DNA of 64,000 nucleotides, from positions 18,540,001-18,604,000 of the forward strand of contig CM119372.1 in assembly GCA_051294905.1 (NCBI GenBank), in the 5' to 3' direction. The notes under the pieces were generated by a model that was given only the letters and a program-made list of their open reading frames with translations, ran no database searches and was not told the DNA's origin. Positions 34,046 to 46,233 of the stretch are shown in pieces. Origin of the DNA: Botryllus schlosseri. Its lineage: Eukaryota. Numbering within the stretch: position 1 is the first letter of the stretch; every line of letters begins with the position of its first letter. The position numbers and the translations under genes are program-made.

Positions 34046-35647
34046 CAGGCCTGTTTATTTTTGGATATTGGGTTTTATTTTTGGAGATTCTCCAAAAATA
34101 AGATTTGAAAACATCCAAAAATAAGATTTTTTTGGATGATGTTTTTCAGTGAAATATACAAGTCAGAGCGATGTAAACGATTAGAAAACGCACAAAAACA
34201 CACAAAACAGCATCTATGTGAGGGAAGGGGTCACCGAAACGCTAAAACTACTTCCACTCAATCCACTTCACGTTTCTGCTGACCTTGCCTGCCTGCCCGC
34301 CCCTCCGCCTTTGTACTCCTATAAGTTTCACAGTGCGACACGTAGAGAAGACGGGAAGGCAGCTTAAGTGAGGCAAAGGGAACGGCGAAATCATATACAG
34401 CCATCTCTGTCACAATCACTTCGTCCACACGATGACGGGACTCATCTGCTGATGCTTCAGACGGCAACACAACTTGATCCAGAGTAGATGGATCGACGAG
34501 CATGTCCACATTCAAGTTGAAATACAAGCAATTACTACTAAATAAATACAGTCCATCCTCAAGATTACCGGACCACGACTGACCTATCGATCTCGTTTCC
34601 CATGACATGCCGCCCTATTTCTTGTCGCTTCCTTTTTCTATACTATCTTCTTTACTTTCATTCAGTGTGCATGCCTCCTCTTTACATCGCCTAGGCCAAG
34701 GTGGGTGTCAGATTCCACAGACTACTCCTTGTCGCTTCGACATCTTCCTGTCTTTTCATTGTATCGCATTTTTGTGGTGTATTGAACTGATAAAATTGCT
34801 AATAAACCAATGATGATGATGATGATGGAAAGCGTGCGACCCAAGTTTGTTGACGCTCGTTTATTGTCAATGAAGAGGGTGGCCTCTTGGTTGACTGGAA
34901 ACCGTACCAAACTCCTTGATGTTATGGACGAAAACAGTCCGGCGTGTGCAACTTCGCTGCTGTGGTGGATCCATCTGATCGTTCTCGATCGCATGGTCAC
35001 GCTCGCACATAGCTGAGCACCACCGTCACGAAGCTTCATGGTCTTGATGTTCTGATCATGGAGCAGCAGGAGCTCATGTGCCTGGTCGAACGCCTGTGTC
35101 CAGGTGAGGACTGGGACGAGGACCGCCACAAGGAAGGTTTTCTGGTCAGAGGGTGTTGGGTTGTCAAAGTTCAATGAGGCACGCAACTTCGTGGAGGATC
35201 AGAGGTTTCAAGCGCATTACTGACGAGCGCTTTTCAGGAGCAAAGGCTTGGAAGATTGGAAAGTTTGAAGAGCTAGACATTCCTCCATTTTTGGACCCCA
35301 AACCTCGATGTTTCCCACAATTGCGACGTTCGAGGCCGATATCTCGAAAATCAAGGGGGGGGACGTCTCGCAGTGATTAATATTCTCTCGAATGCATCCT
35401 CCAGGCCAAAGACTAAATTTGTGAAGAATGTATTGGAAAGTTAGATCAAGATCACTGATGATATCTATGTGTTGGAGGACTTGAATACATGATAATAACA
35501 TACTTTTGGTGGATTTTTTCAGTAGTAATAGGGCTCAAAACGCCTTCAATTCTTATTTTTGGAGATCCTCCAAAACTAAAATTTGAAAACATCCAAAAAT
35601 AAGCTATTTTTGTTATTTTTGGAGAAATCCAAAAATAAACAGGCCTG
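34046..35647 (+). mobile_element. hAT-type element with CCAAAAATAA repeats, a probable transposase remnant and a nested retroposon tail
   Basis: TIR CAGGCCTGTTTATTTTTGGA; TSD CTGATGAG. The segment ~34548-34826 ends in AATAAA plus (ATG)n and recurs at ~44355-45940. Confidence 0.85.
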
Positions 35648-36271
35648 CTGATGAGTGATCCTGATCCTACACTAGTAAGTAGTACTTGGCGCGATTTGTC
35701 GGGAAATATATAATATGTCAACACAGCAAAGTTGGGTGGTATATTCATTTCATAAGGTGGTAAATCATATGAATAAGCTCAGAAATGTAAACGACTACAA
35801 TCAAGACTGCTGCAAGCTGTGTGATCATGGTAATCTATCATTTACCATTACATACAATGTCTGGATTTTTTATATAGACACGTTAGTTACAAGTACGAAA
35901 ATCAAGAACCGAAGTTATGAGTACATTTTTTCCGAATGAATAAGTCGCCTACTTATTCCTCACCGTCTCAAGCACATGGCGGGGGAATCCTATGCTATAT
36001 ATTTGAGGCTATCTTACCATTCATTTCTATGCATATATTGGTCTAATTATTATTTCTAATTTATTTAAAGGTCGACACGACATGTCGGCATTTCAAATAC
36101 GGCGGTCTGGAGTGGTGACGTATTTACATATCCACTTCGCCTCAGTGGAGTAACCATAAGGGAGTAGGACGAATGGCGTCACAACAGATATTCATGATAT
36201 CACATAATTATTAAAATGTATGTTCTTCCCTCAAAATGTTCATACTGCGGTTACGCGTATTTTACACGTAC

Positions 36272-36536
36272 CTCGCTGTGACCAAGACCAGCACCGAGGA
36301 CTGCACTTATCGCGACGCAGGCTTCAAAGGGAGACTGGAAAAATCCCAATCTTGATCTGACAGAAGTATCCGCAACAATTACCATCGACACGGCGAACCC
36401 CAGTCCTCTCGCAACGCCAGTAATAAACCTTCCTACGATCAGTGACTCGTACGATGCCGTGAAATATGCGACCGGTGCACTGACAATAACGGCGATGATA
36501 TTTACGATGTGCGAAAAAAGCATCGAGTTCTTCGGG
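36272..36536 (-). CDS. Transporter copy 1, exon 3 (265 nt)
   Basis: TTTCAG acceptor and GAG|GTACGT donor; reads PKNSMLFSH...LIVGRFITGVARG...GHSE. Confidence 0.9.
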
Positions 36537-37109
36537 CTGAAAACATTTCGAATATTAGGATTATATCGTTTGAAAATATTTCATAGACGCTGCGCTGAAT
36601 TCAGAAAATCGGTCTATCTTCAATGCGATGTGGTGTATTTTTTAACACACTACTAGTATGCAGTACAAAAAACTTTCTTGGTACGAATTGCGATAAATCC
36701 TGTCGTTCCGTAGCGCATCACGTTCCTGCTTCCTTGCCTCGCCTGCCCATTACATACGCCCCGTCAGAGACCAATTTACCATGCCAGTACTCCAGTGATG
36801 TCGGAGAGGGGGATGAGCGAGATGCGGTCGCATCTCCTAATATTTTGATTTTTTTGTCACGAATTGATTGTTTTGAGTTTCGTGTTAATTGCAAAAATAA
36901 CATTCCGCACCTCTTCCTCGCTATTTTAAAACTACGGTGACATGAAACTACTATACAGTTTACGGTAAGTATCTGTTTATCGTAACCTGTGTAGCCTATA
37001 TGCAGTTGATTTCGAGTAATAGAATAATTCTATGTCAAATCAACTCTAAATTTTTGAAAAGGGGTGATGGGGAAGAAAAGGAAGAACCTCCAACTTATGT
37101 CGTGTTTAC

Positions 37110-37234
37110 CTGAGGTTTCGAAGAACTGAAGAAACTGATAAAGCACCGACCACACATCCCCAGACAAGAGCCGATTGAGCGAGGGTGAGATACAACATCG
37201 TGTTCGATTCTGACGGCAGCGAGCCATATCGACT
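37110..37234 (-). CDS. Transporter copy 1, exon 2
   Basis: TTGCAG acceptor and CAG|GTAAAC donor; reads SRYGSLPSESNTMLYLTLAQSALVWGCVVGALSVSSVLRNLS; phase matches exon 3. Confidence 0.85.
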
Positions 37235-37322
37235 CTGCAATAGTAATTTTGCGTCAAATATGATTCTATAAAATTTAGCACTTGGATTCGTCCCATATCC
37301 ACCACAAAATAGTAATATTCAC

Positions 37323-37457
37323 CTGATGACTTCTTATTATGAAGGTTTCAATAGCAGGAGCGGCTGAGTTTAAAGAGAGCAGGCTTAGACCTTGGATAAG
37401 TGCGGTCGGTAGCTGAGTCATTAGGATCACGAAAATACAGTATCGTGAGTTCCCCAT
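37323..37457 (-). CDS. Transporter copy 1, first coding exon
   Basis: Reads MGNSRYCIFVILMTQLPTALIQGLSLLSLNSAAPAIETFIIRSHQ, then CAG|GTGAAT. A possible 5'UTR intron lies at 37538-37472. Confidence 0.8.
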
Positions 37458-37875
37458 GATATTTGCAATCACTATTCGTAAAATTGCATACTGATTTAAT
37501 GGTCAAATAGCGTAATGCTTGTTTATTGTTCTAATTACCTTTACGAGTCGCTTGATGCTGTTATAAAAGTATAAGACATATAGGCCAATGAGATTATCGA
37601 GTATACAAAGAAGAGGGTAATCGATTCATTTTTCGTTTGGACCATCATCAGGGTTGGTGTTTGTTATGTAATAATGATGTATTGCCATCAATTATTTGTG
37701 CCATTGGGGGTAATTAGGCGTTCGTGCGGCTTCCTGTCAATGTTATGGGGGTCGGGCCTGACCGATTTATCGTTTTGCCGATTTGTCGATTGGATATCAA
37801 TTCTCTTCAATTATCAACATCGGCCAACCGTCGGCATTATCGACTACAGTAAATAAAATCAGATCGACTATCAAT

Positions 37876-40800
37876 CAGTGTTGGGATCAAGTCACTATCT
37901 ACGAGTATCGAGTCATCTCGAGTCATTGCACATTTTGCCCCGAGTCAAGTCAAGTGAATCGATTTTGGAAGGTGACTCGAGTCAAGTCAAGTCACTCGTT
38001 TTTTGAAGGTGACTCGAATAAGTCCAGTCAAGTCACGAGTCATGTCACAAATCAAGTCAAATTGAATTTTCGAAGTATGAGCGATCATTCAACGTCATTA
38101 CATTTGCCTAGCTGTGTGAAAGACAGATTAATTGACCATTTATATTGAATCAAATAATAAATATAAAGTTGAATACTCATGCAAAAAGGCGTTGCATCGC
38201 TCACTCACAGTAAGAACTGCTAATAAAATACATTAGTAACTGTATATCTACATGCTCAGCCAAAAAAGAGGACCGAATACGAAGGGTCGAGAAGTTGATA
38301 TAAATTGATATGGAACAATACACTACCTATCTACTCATACATGAGAATATAAACACATAAACTATATTCGTTCGATTTAAATTATACAAGAGGGTTGGTA
38401 AAGGGGAGTACTGTGCAATGTGAGCAATGAGCCGTCAGTGAGTGGTCATAATGATAATCCAGATAAATACCGAATCGGACCCTACCGCTCAGTTTATTGC
38501 AGTGTTTCCCAACCTTTTTCCACCCACGAACCATTTCGAGGTTTTATGTAGTGCTCGCGTACCACCTATACATAAGTTACGCGCGCTGAAGGAGGTCAAA
38601 AATGTTTCCATCGTTTATGACGTCATAATGACGTATTTGACGTATGCGAGGCGTAATAGCAAATACTAATAAACCAGGCATTATCAGCCAGGGACCCACG
38701 GTTAATGGGATGCTTGAAATTGTTTTTTCACCACCAGTCACAAAAAGAACAACATAATAATGAAATAACAGCAAACAACAAACGTCAATTGTTGGCTGCA
38801 TTTGCTTATTTTCCACTAGCTCAGCGGTTCTCAAACTTTTTTAGACACGCCCCTGCGTATGATAGTGAAAAATTGCGCGACCCTCTTATCGTCATATCAC
38901 AAAATGCAACCAGAATGCTAGCAATCCCCACGAATAATGTTATTGCATGGGCGGTTATGACAGTTGATTAGGGAATTCTTCAATATGCAATTAGGACTAT
39001 ACACAAAGCCACAACAATGAAATGGAGGTAAATCGCGCGAAGCGCGAAAAAATTTACCAGTTGGCCGCAGCTTCGCGCCCCCCTTCAGATGCTTTCACGC
39101 CCCCCAGTTTGACAACCAGTGCACTAGCCGGTCAATGCGTGGCATATGTTTGCTCACAGCGCATCGAAAGTCATGCATGGGCGCAACAAGTCGGTTTCGT
39201 TTCTTCGACTTGATGGTCATCAGAGATGAGAATCGTTGCTCGCACTCCCACGTAGAAGGGGTAGCTGGGGAATAGCGTGAGAAGCTAGAGTCGATTACGA
39301 GGAGGCCACGCTAAGCCTGAAGTTTATTGGAGAACAATCTTCGTGTTCAACCCCACCTTAACTAATAACTCCCTTCGGTCGAAAAAACAGAATCTACTCG
39401 CGTACCACATGTTGGGAACCACTGGTTTATTGCATGAAACAACGAATAATACTTTCTCTTGTCATATCCCACCATTTGCAGGCACGGTAAGCCAGTTTAT
39501 GACTTATCTTCCGTCATAAACTTGAACTTGAACTTGACCATGTTCTCGAAAATCACCGAATCGTGACCACAATTACCTAACCGCCTCACAAAACTCCCCA
39601 GAACAAGGTTTGATGTTTGAAACGATGCAAAGTTGCACGGAATATCGTGTAAGTCGACTTCTGATGTTCTGGCAGAATTTTCGACGATATTTCCCACTCG
39701 GAAAATATCTGGAAATTTAAGGTGATAACCAATTTTTTTCGGGTTTTCGTAAATTTTTTTTTAGTTGTCAACTAAAATTTCTGAGTAAGGTACCAAATGA
39801 ATCGAAAAAATATCAGTTTTCCAAAAACACAAGTACCCGATGTCTACATCGTGTCAACATGGAGAAATCGGTCACAGAGACATGCCGTATCAGATATGAT
39901 GCACCCCCTTCAAAAGGTTTAAATCTTCAGCTCGGCCAGCATAATTATTCTTGTGGTAGTATAAACATGTCTTTGAAAGGTTAATACAGTGGTCTGTTTA
40001 GAGTTTGGGGCTCGAACCCCTGTTTCAAAATCCTCAAATTTAAGTTGCAGTCGCGCCGGCGACCAATATCACTTCCAAAATCGTTGTACCCGTGACGAAA
40101 TCTTGGATTGCACGATGCGTTGATTAATCAAGGAGCTAGGAGACATGGCGGCGCCTATATCACGAAGCAGTTTTCAAATACATATTGTCTTCCTGATATA
40201 CGGCGAGAAATGAACGGCCGTGGAAGTGACATTCGCAATTACAAATTCAAATTACAAACAACGCCTTTGATATCAACGTTCTTGATTGATAACGTAGCTT
40301 TGTAGTCGCTGTTAAAATGTAGGTGTGTGTCGTTATGTTACCACCGAATACTTTGAGAATTGAGAAGTCGAATCGGAATCAGAACGACAATTACATTTGA
40401 TTAATATCAGTTATTGTAGATTAGGCTTACCATATTTTGGAAATCTAAAAAGAGGACACTTTTTCAGAAATTTGAGACTTGCAAAACCGGAGAAGAATTT
40501 TCAAATACCGGTGAATTTTTCCTACTTTGTGATCGGTTGACTGAAAAAAAAGGTCATCTTTCCGCCCAGAGCTAAAATCACCGTTTTTCACTCCGAAATA
40601 CCCGCAGGAGCGTCACTTCTGTGCTAATTTACGGCATATCACTCACAATTTGCTCTAAATCTGACCTAAATTTTCAAAAAAGAGGACAAAAGGGCGTCCT
40701 CCGAGGACACTTTCAAAGAAGTAAAAAAAGAGGACAAATCCTCTTATAAGAGGACGTATGGTAACCCTATTGTAGATTCTATGATGTTTTCGATGAATTA

Positions 40801-41888
40801 CGCTATCACAGGAAAGGCGTGGCATGGCCCGGCCGTGCCTCACACACGCCTTACCTGTCCTTTCACACTCTTTTGTCGAACAATAAATAGGCAAATTGCG
40901 TGATTTTGGTAGTAAAAAATGTTCAAAATCTAGTAGACAGGTGAGGGACTGCCTCGCTTGCCTCCCTGACGCCACGTCACTGACACACCACTCATTACAG
41001 TGGTTATACATACTACTGTATAGTGAAAATGTTTGGCTCCACCTATCTATACGTATGTCATCATGGGTCCTCGCATTTAAGAATAACATCAAAACGAACC
41101 TACGATCTCTTATAACTGAAGAAAGTCTCAATTTTCGTATTAACAGCAATTCAACCAGACTACAAAGCCAACAGGAATACCATGCAATACCAAAAGATGC
41201 ATTAACTGTAAAAAGCGTGTAAAAAGTAGATTCCTATACTTTTACTGTTATCTGCGTCTGTTGGAAATCTAAATGTTGATTGTCTTAAGCTTTGAAAAAT
41301 ATCATAGGCCTCTCAATGCTATACAATTAAAAATATATAACTTGCAAAAGATCTTTGTAACTCACGTTTCGCATACTTAATTACTCAAATAAGGCAACCA
41401 GCATGATTAGTACGAGATTTCACAGAGGGAATAGATGCCATCGACGAATCCCGTGCAGTGATTTCGAATTTGCGCTACCACGACGCCACGATTTTGCAAT
41501 TGTGACGTACTAGTTGATTGACATGTACGGCTCTTTGGGAGTTAAAATGGAAAATATAGGGTCAATAGGGCTCTTCGGACGAGAAAGGTTCCCGACCCCT
41601 GACGTAAGCTGTGATCATCTCGTTTGCGGTCAATTTATTTGTGATGTAACAATCGAGGACAAGTGACACGTACAATCAGTGAAAGACTGATTGTTCTCAA
41701 AAGTGACATCGGCGTATCGCGAACAATCCGAACATAAGTAAGATACGGTTATTTTATCGACACTGTTTACTTGATGACTTGAATCTGAGTCGTAAATTTT
41801 GCTCCGAGTCACGATTCAATCCCCATTTCTGAAGCGCCGAGTCAAGTCAAGTCGTACGAAAAAGTTGGCTCGAGTCATCCCAACACTG
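37876..41888. mobile_element. Second CTCGAGTCAAGT-repeat hAT MITE, with several nested elements
   Basis: Same TIRs as 2446-3815; TSD CTATCAAT/CTATCAAA. Nested elements: 38500-39424 (TSD GTTTATTG), 38822-39121 (TSD CACTAGCT/C) and 40422-40769 (TSD TTGTAGAT). Confidence 0.85.
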
Positions 41889-43726
41889 CTATCAAATAGC
41901 TGCACTTTGCTGTACTCTTGTAATTACATTCGCAGTTCTGCAAATGGCATGACTAACTTTCTGTTAGAATGCAGCTTGGTTATAGCAGCGGTGGTTCTTA
42001 GCCTTTACTAACCTCCAGGGAACACTTACAAGCTTTCGTGAATCCCCAGATTTTCGTTGAGTAATAACGTTCCACTGATTTATAACTATACGTGCTATAT
42101 ATTACTTCTGATATAGAAGTCGCCTTCTCTCCCTTACTCGTACAACGCATCATATTTTATTCTCGCGTTTTCTTAACAAAATTACAAAAGGACTAGCCCT
42201 ATATGTATGCTTTTTTGCACTTCGAGTAAGCAGAATTTGTGCAATACTAGTTCGCTTACCGTCCTATTGAGCGTGAATGAATCCACTATACGCATAACGC
42301 AATGCACCGTAGCGTTAAGGTTTGAATTAGCGAAATCGTTGCATTATTATGTATTGCAACCGATGAACCATAATTCGGGAAGGATATGAGTGGAATTGTA
42401 CCAGCATGGCAATGTAGGTAAAAAACCAGAAGTTGTAGATTCGTTAAATCAATCTTCCATTTTCTATCAGACTATCTGACTCACTATTTTTCAAGCGCAA
42501 AATCAATACCATTTTATTCACACAAGCGTTGGACTACAGTAGTGTTCATTCCGCCCTACAATTATGCACTCCGTCTTTTATACATATCGTTTACTTTTAT
42601 ATTTTATTGTCTTTTATGTACAGTGCCCTGGTGAGGTAATGATATATTGTTATATTCGGCGATCTATTGTATTATTATTATATACTTGCATTTTTCCTTG
42701 GGATCACGTCGATTAAACTTTTTGCGTTAAAATGACCTGCCGTCCATGAAGACGTAGCCCGGATGACAATTTGTGCGGGGGGATTCCTACAAATAGCGAC
42801 GTGACGTCAGGAATATCATTTGTGACGTAGTGAACACTGATGGCGTCAAGATGTTACACTCTCCGCAAAAGAGTGTGTATTCAGACCTGAAGGGCCGCAA
42901 AGGGTGGTATACGGACGGGTTCGCGAATGAGCGAAGCACCAAAGACTGCGCGCTCTTAGCGAATAAAATGTGCACATCCACACAGAAAATGGTGGTACGC
43001 AAAAACAGAACCTAACTAAGAATTACATCGCCTTCATAAATCCTACGTGCCTTTACGTGCATGCATAATTCGGATTAAAATGTTGTATACTTGACTTATA
43101 GCGCAGTCTAAGTCTGAGGTAGGTTCTGATTTCATTTGCCATGGCTGTATATTGTATATTTATACCCGTACATCGGGGTGGTACACGGGTGGAAATACAC
43201 ATTAATTCTGCTAAGAGTGTATAGTGTCAAAAAGTTGCATTCGGGTCTTTCGGCATTGAAGACAACTTCTCGCGTACTATTGCTCTAGTTTTTTTTCTTC
43301 TCTATACATAATAAATAAATGTGGAATACATCGGGAATGTATCACAATAATCCAAGGAGAAGGAGTGTGCTATGGGGACAAGCAGTATCCACATGTAGCT
43401 TTGATCTAAATCCAGCAAGACGTTTGAATTTCGTAGCTCAGGAAATACGATCCGACAGAAAAATTCTCATAAAAACTGAGGTTCGAGAAAATTTCAAAAT
43501 ACGTATATCCAACCCGACTACACTGACACGATCGATAAACTTGTGATCCCGCGCCTATACTCCAAAACCGGAGTACCGTTTGGCCCATAATTCGACCGAC
43601 GTCTGGTAGATGTTAGCATTACTATTCAATGAATTGTTAATAACAGTCCTCAATTTATATATGTATTTTGTTTATCAATGATTTCGATGGTCGTGTGAAC
43701 GCGAACCTTTTGAAAGGTCCTATATA

Positions 43727-43994
43727 TGAGAGAGAGAGAGAGAGAGATATGATATTCTTTCTCGCCTGCACCATCGAGATGCTTTGGCGACGGAGTTGCG
43801 ATACGGCCCCATGAGGTCATCTAGTCTGCGCCCCCGTTTTTTTTCTCCTCCTTGCTATCCGTGATTGCTGAGCGCCTAGCAGGATAGCTGCGGATACCAT
43901 TTTTCGAGTCTTTGGTATGACCCGGCCGGGGATCGAACCCACGACCTACCGCTCGAGAAGCCGGACGCATAACCATTACACTATCTCGCTCGGT
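43727..43994 (-). mobile_element. tRNA-derived SINE (family 1), near full length, (TC)n tail
   Basis: A-box TAGTGTAATGG, B-box GGTTCGATCCC and central GTCATACCAAAGACT.AAAAATGGTA...GGCGCTCAGCA, which resembles the Meta-type SINE core from memory. Confidence 0.8.
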
Positions 43995-44281
43995 GAAAGC
44001 AAACGTGAACACGAACCCATAACGTCGCGGACGTCACATTGCTAATTCTAACCCTATATTTCTGTTAAGTAATGTATTAATGTCCACGATACCTAGCGAC
44101 GACTCAGGCCACATTATGCCACAATACTGAAGTATACATACAGGCTGACTTTTTAAGCAACAACAACAACTGGAACAATTCAATCAGATACTACAATAAT
44201 ATTATAAAATCAATATTTTCCGCCGCTTTGCCAACAATTTCGACTAGGAGTTGCAAGGGATATAAGCTTACGCCTTAACGG

Positions 44282-46218
44282 TAGGGTTGGCATACTTCCT
44301 CCTTTTTCAGGTTTTTGAAAGTGTCCTCCGAGGACTCCTTAAGGTACTAACTATAGTCCATCCTCGTGATTACCAGACCAAGACGTGACCAATCGATCTC
44401 GCCTTCCTGGACATTCCACCTCACTTTTGTCGCTTGCTATTCTATATTATCTTCTTTTAATTTTCATTCAGTGTACATGACTCTTCTTCACATCGCCTAT
44501 GCCAGGGGTTCTCAACCCGCGTGCGGCCCGCTGACGTTTATCTTGCGGCCCGCGACTTCTTTCATTATGAACGCATTTACTGCTGGTGGCACAGTATTGT
44601 AAAATATTAATTTAGCTACTTAGCTCTCTTATCGTACCATCTCTGTGTCGTTTGAATACTCATTCTTTGATGTGTTCTGTTTTCTTGATATATGCTCGAG
44701 AATTTTTTAACGGGCATTCCTCTGGACTCTGATGTAAGAGAATCCCGCTACGTAGTACACTTTTAAAGAGTGTTTCATTCACCGCGAATGATTTGAACAG
44801 AAACAAGAGAAAGAAACGGTAAATTAAACGGCAAAAACTGTGTTTGTAACACTGCGTGGAACAATGAATTTGCGTTCTCAGATATATATGGAAAACCAAT
44901 TTGTCATTGTCGACGAACAATTGTCGTAACGAAGCGTAGAAGCTTAAATTGGCACAACGAAAGTTTCTTCTGGATTACACATATCGTCTGATCTTGAAAA
45001 ACGTTGCTAGCTACAGTAGCTAGGTGTCAAGCCCAGCAATCCATCTTTCGAGGCATTGTTAAAATTGCCGACGTCATTACAGACTCGTTGGAATATCGCT
45101 AAACCCAAGAAATCTGCTAGAGATGGTGTAATTTCAATAACACTTTAATATACTGTGCGAATGATTGCTGTTTCCGGAGCTTAGCAGAAAAGAACACCAT
45201 CACATGACAAAATCGAAGCTACAGTTGTCTGATGCAACCGCGACCACAAGAGTAGCAGCAATGTCAGTCGATCTTTTATTGCACGTTGCCGCGTAGACTA
45301 CATTACATTAGCCTAGCATTGGACGAATCCAACGACTCCACAGACGTTGCATAGCTAATTATCTGGGTGCATTTTATAAGAGTGGACATATTTGCAGAGG
45401 AAATGCTGGCAAGGCAAACGTGGGGAGGACACCAGCGAAAATCATTAGCTTGACAAAGCTGAATTCTGCAACTATTGCTGACCCCGAAACATCAGACTTC
45501 TTCTCATATCACTGAGAACTCAAAGTGATAATGGCCTCTGTAACGAAAAAGTTACCGTAATGCGCCGCTGGAAGATACATATTCAAATTCACACAAAAAA
45601 TGCAACCTTACGAAGGCTGTCTATTGTTGCTTTAGAATGCATTGCATAAAAATGTACTAAACGTACGTATAGGGCTACGACTGGTAAATTGGCTACAGTA
45701 GCCTAAATTTAATAGTAGCTCGCAAATACATGGTAATAATGTTATGCGACTGGCAGCGACTTATGCAAGTAAAATTTCGGCCCGTTATACATGGAGAGTT
45801 GAGAACCCCTGGCCTAGGCCTATAGGTGTGTGTCTGATTTTAAAGACTACTCCAAGTCGTTTCGACACCTTCCTATATCTTTCCATTGCATCGCAATTTT
45901 AGTGGTGTATTGAGCTGATCAAAATTGCTAATAATAAACCGAACCAGAAAGGTCCTCCATGTCCTTCCTTTACAGCTTTTACAGCTAGGATAATGGACAG
46001 GTTCAACTGAAAATTGGCATGAAAGACGTGAAATAAGTAATACGGACATACGAGACGGTCATATGGAAGTCGAATGAAAGAGGTGACTTTTTTTAGTCAA
46101 CTCAACAATATTTCCAGTAAATATTGCAAAATTGGCTGTTTTTAGTTTCGATCAACTACCACTTCTACGATTTAATAAAAGTGTCCTCCTTTCCCGATTC
46201 CACAACATGGTATTCCTA
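44282..46218. mobile_element. Tip100-like hAT MITE with a nested retroposon fragment and a Charlie element
   Basis: Degenerate termini TAGGGTTGGCATA...ATGGTATTCCTA; perfect TSD CTTAACGG. Confidence 0.7.
44503..45811 (+). mobile_element. Buster/Charlie hAT with transposase remnant
   Basis: TIR CAGGGGTTCTCAAC; TSD GCCTATGC/GCCTAGGC; remnant YISLALDESNDSTDVA*LIIWV at ~45305-45370. An inverted homolog lies at ~51690-52565. Confidence 0.85.
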
Positions 46219-46233
46219 CTTAACGGTCTAGGC

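Larger units (their letters stand above)
10834..37457 (-). pseudogene. SLC2A/GLUT-like MFS sugar porter, copy 1; last exon interrupted by a hAT plus Gypsy insertion
   Basis: GT-AG exons 37457-37323, 37234-37110, 36536-36272, 22159-21830 and 21408-21176 joined to 11245-10834 give a stop-free ORF of ~499 aa once the insertion and one TSD are removed. Sugar-porter motifs are LIVGRFITG, WIPETP, QLGG, ITEL..RP and PET. Exon sizes match paralog 2. Confidence 0.85.

Noticed and set aside
42460..43600. Exon-like pieces (ORF 42830-43015 and a possible micro-exon near 42624-42635)
   Set aside because: Stops in all frames around them, no consistent splice phase and no recognisable protein.
43900..43994. 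Functional tRNA gene (also ~5300-5390)
   Set aside because: A and B boxes are present but there is no proper acceptor stem, and the sequence continues into a multi-copy SINE body.
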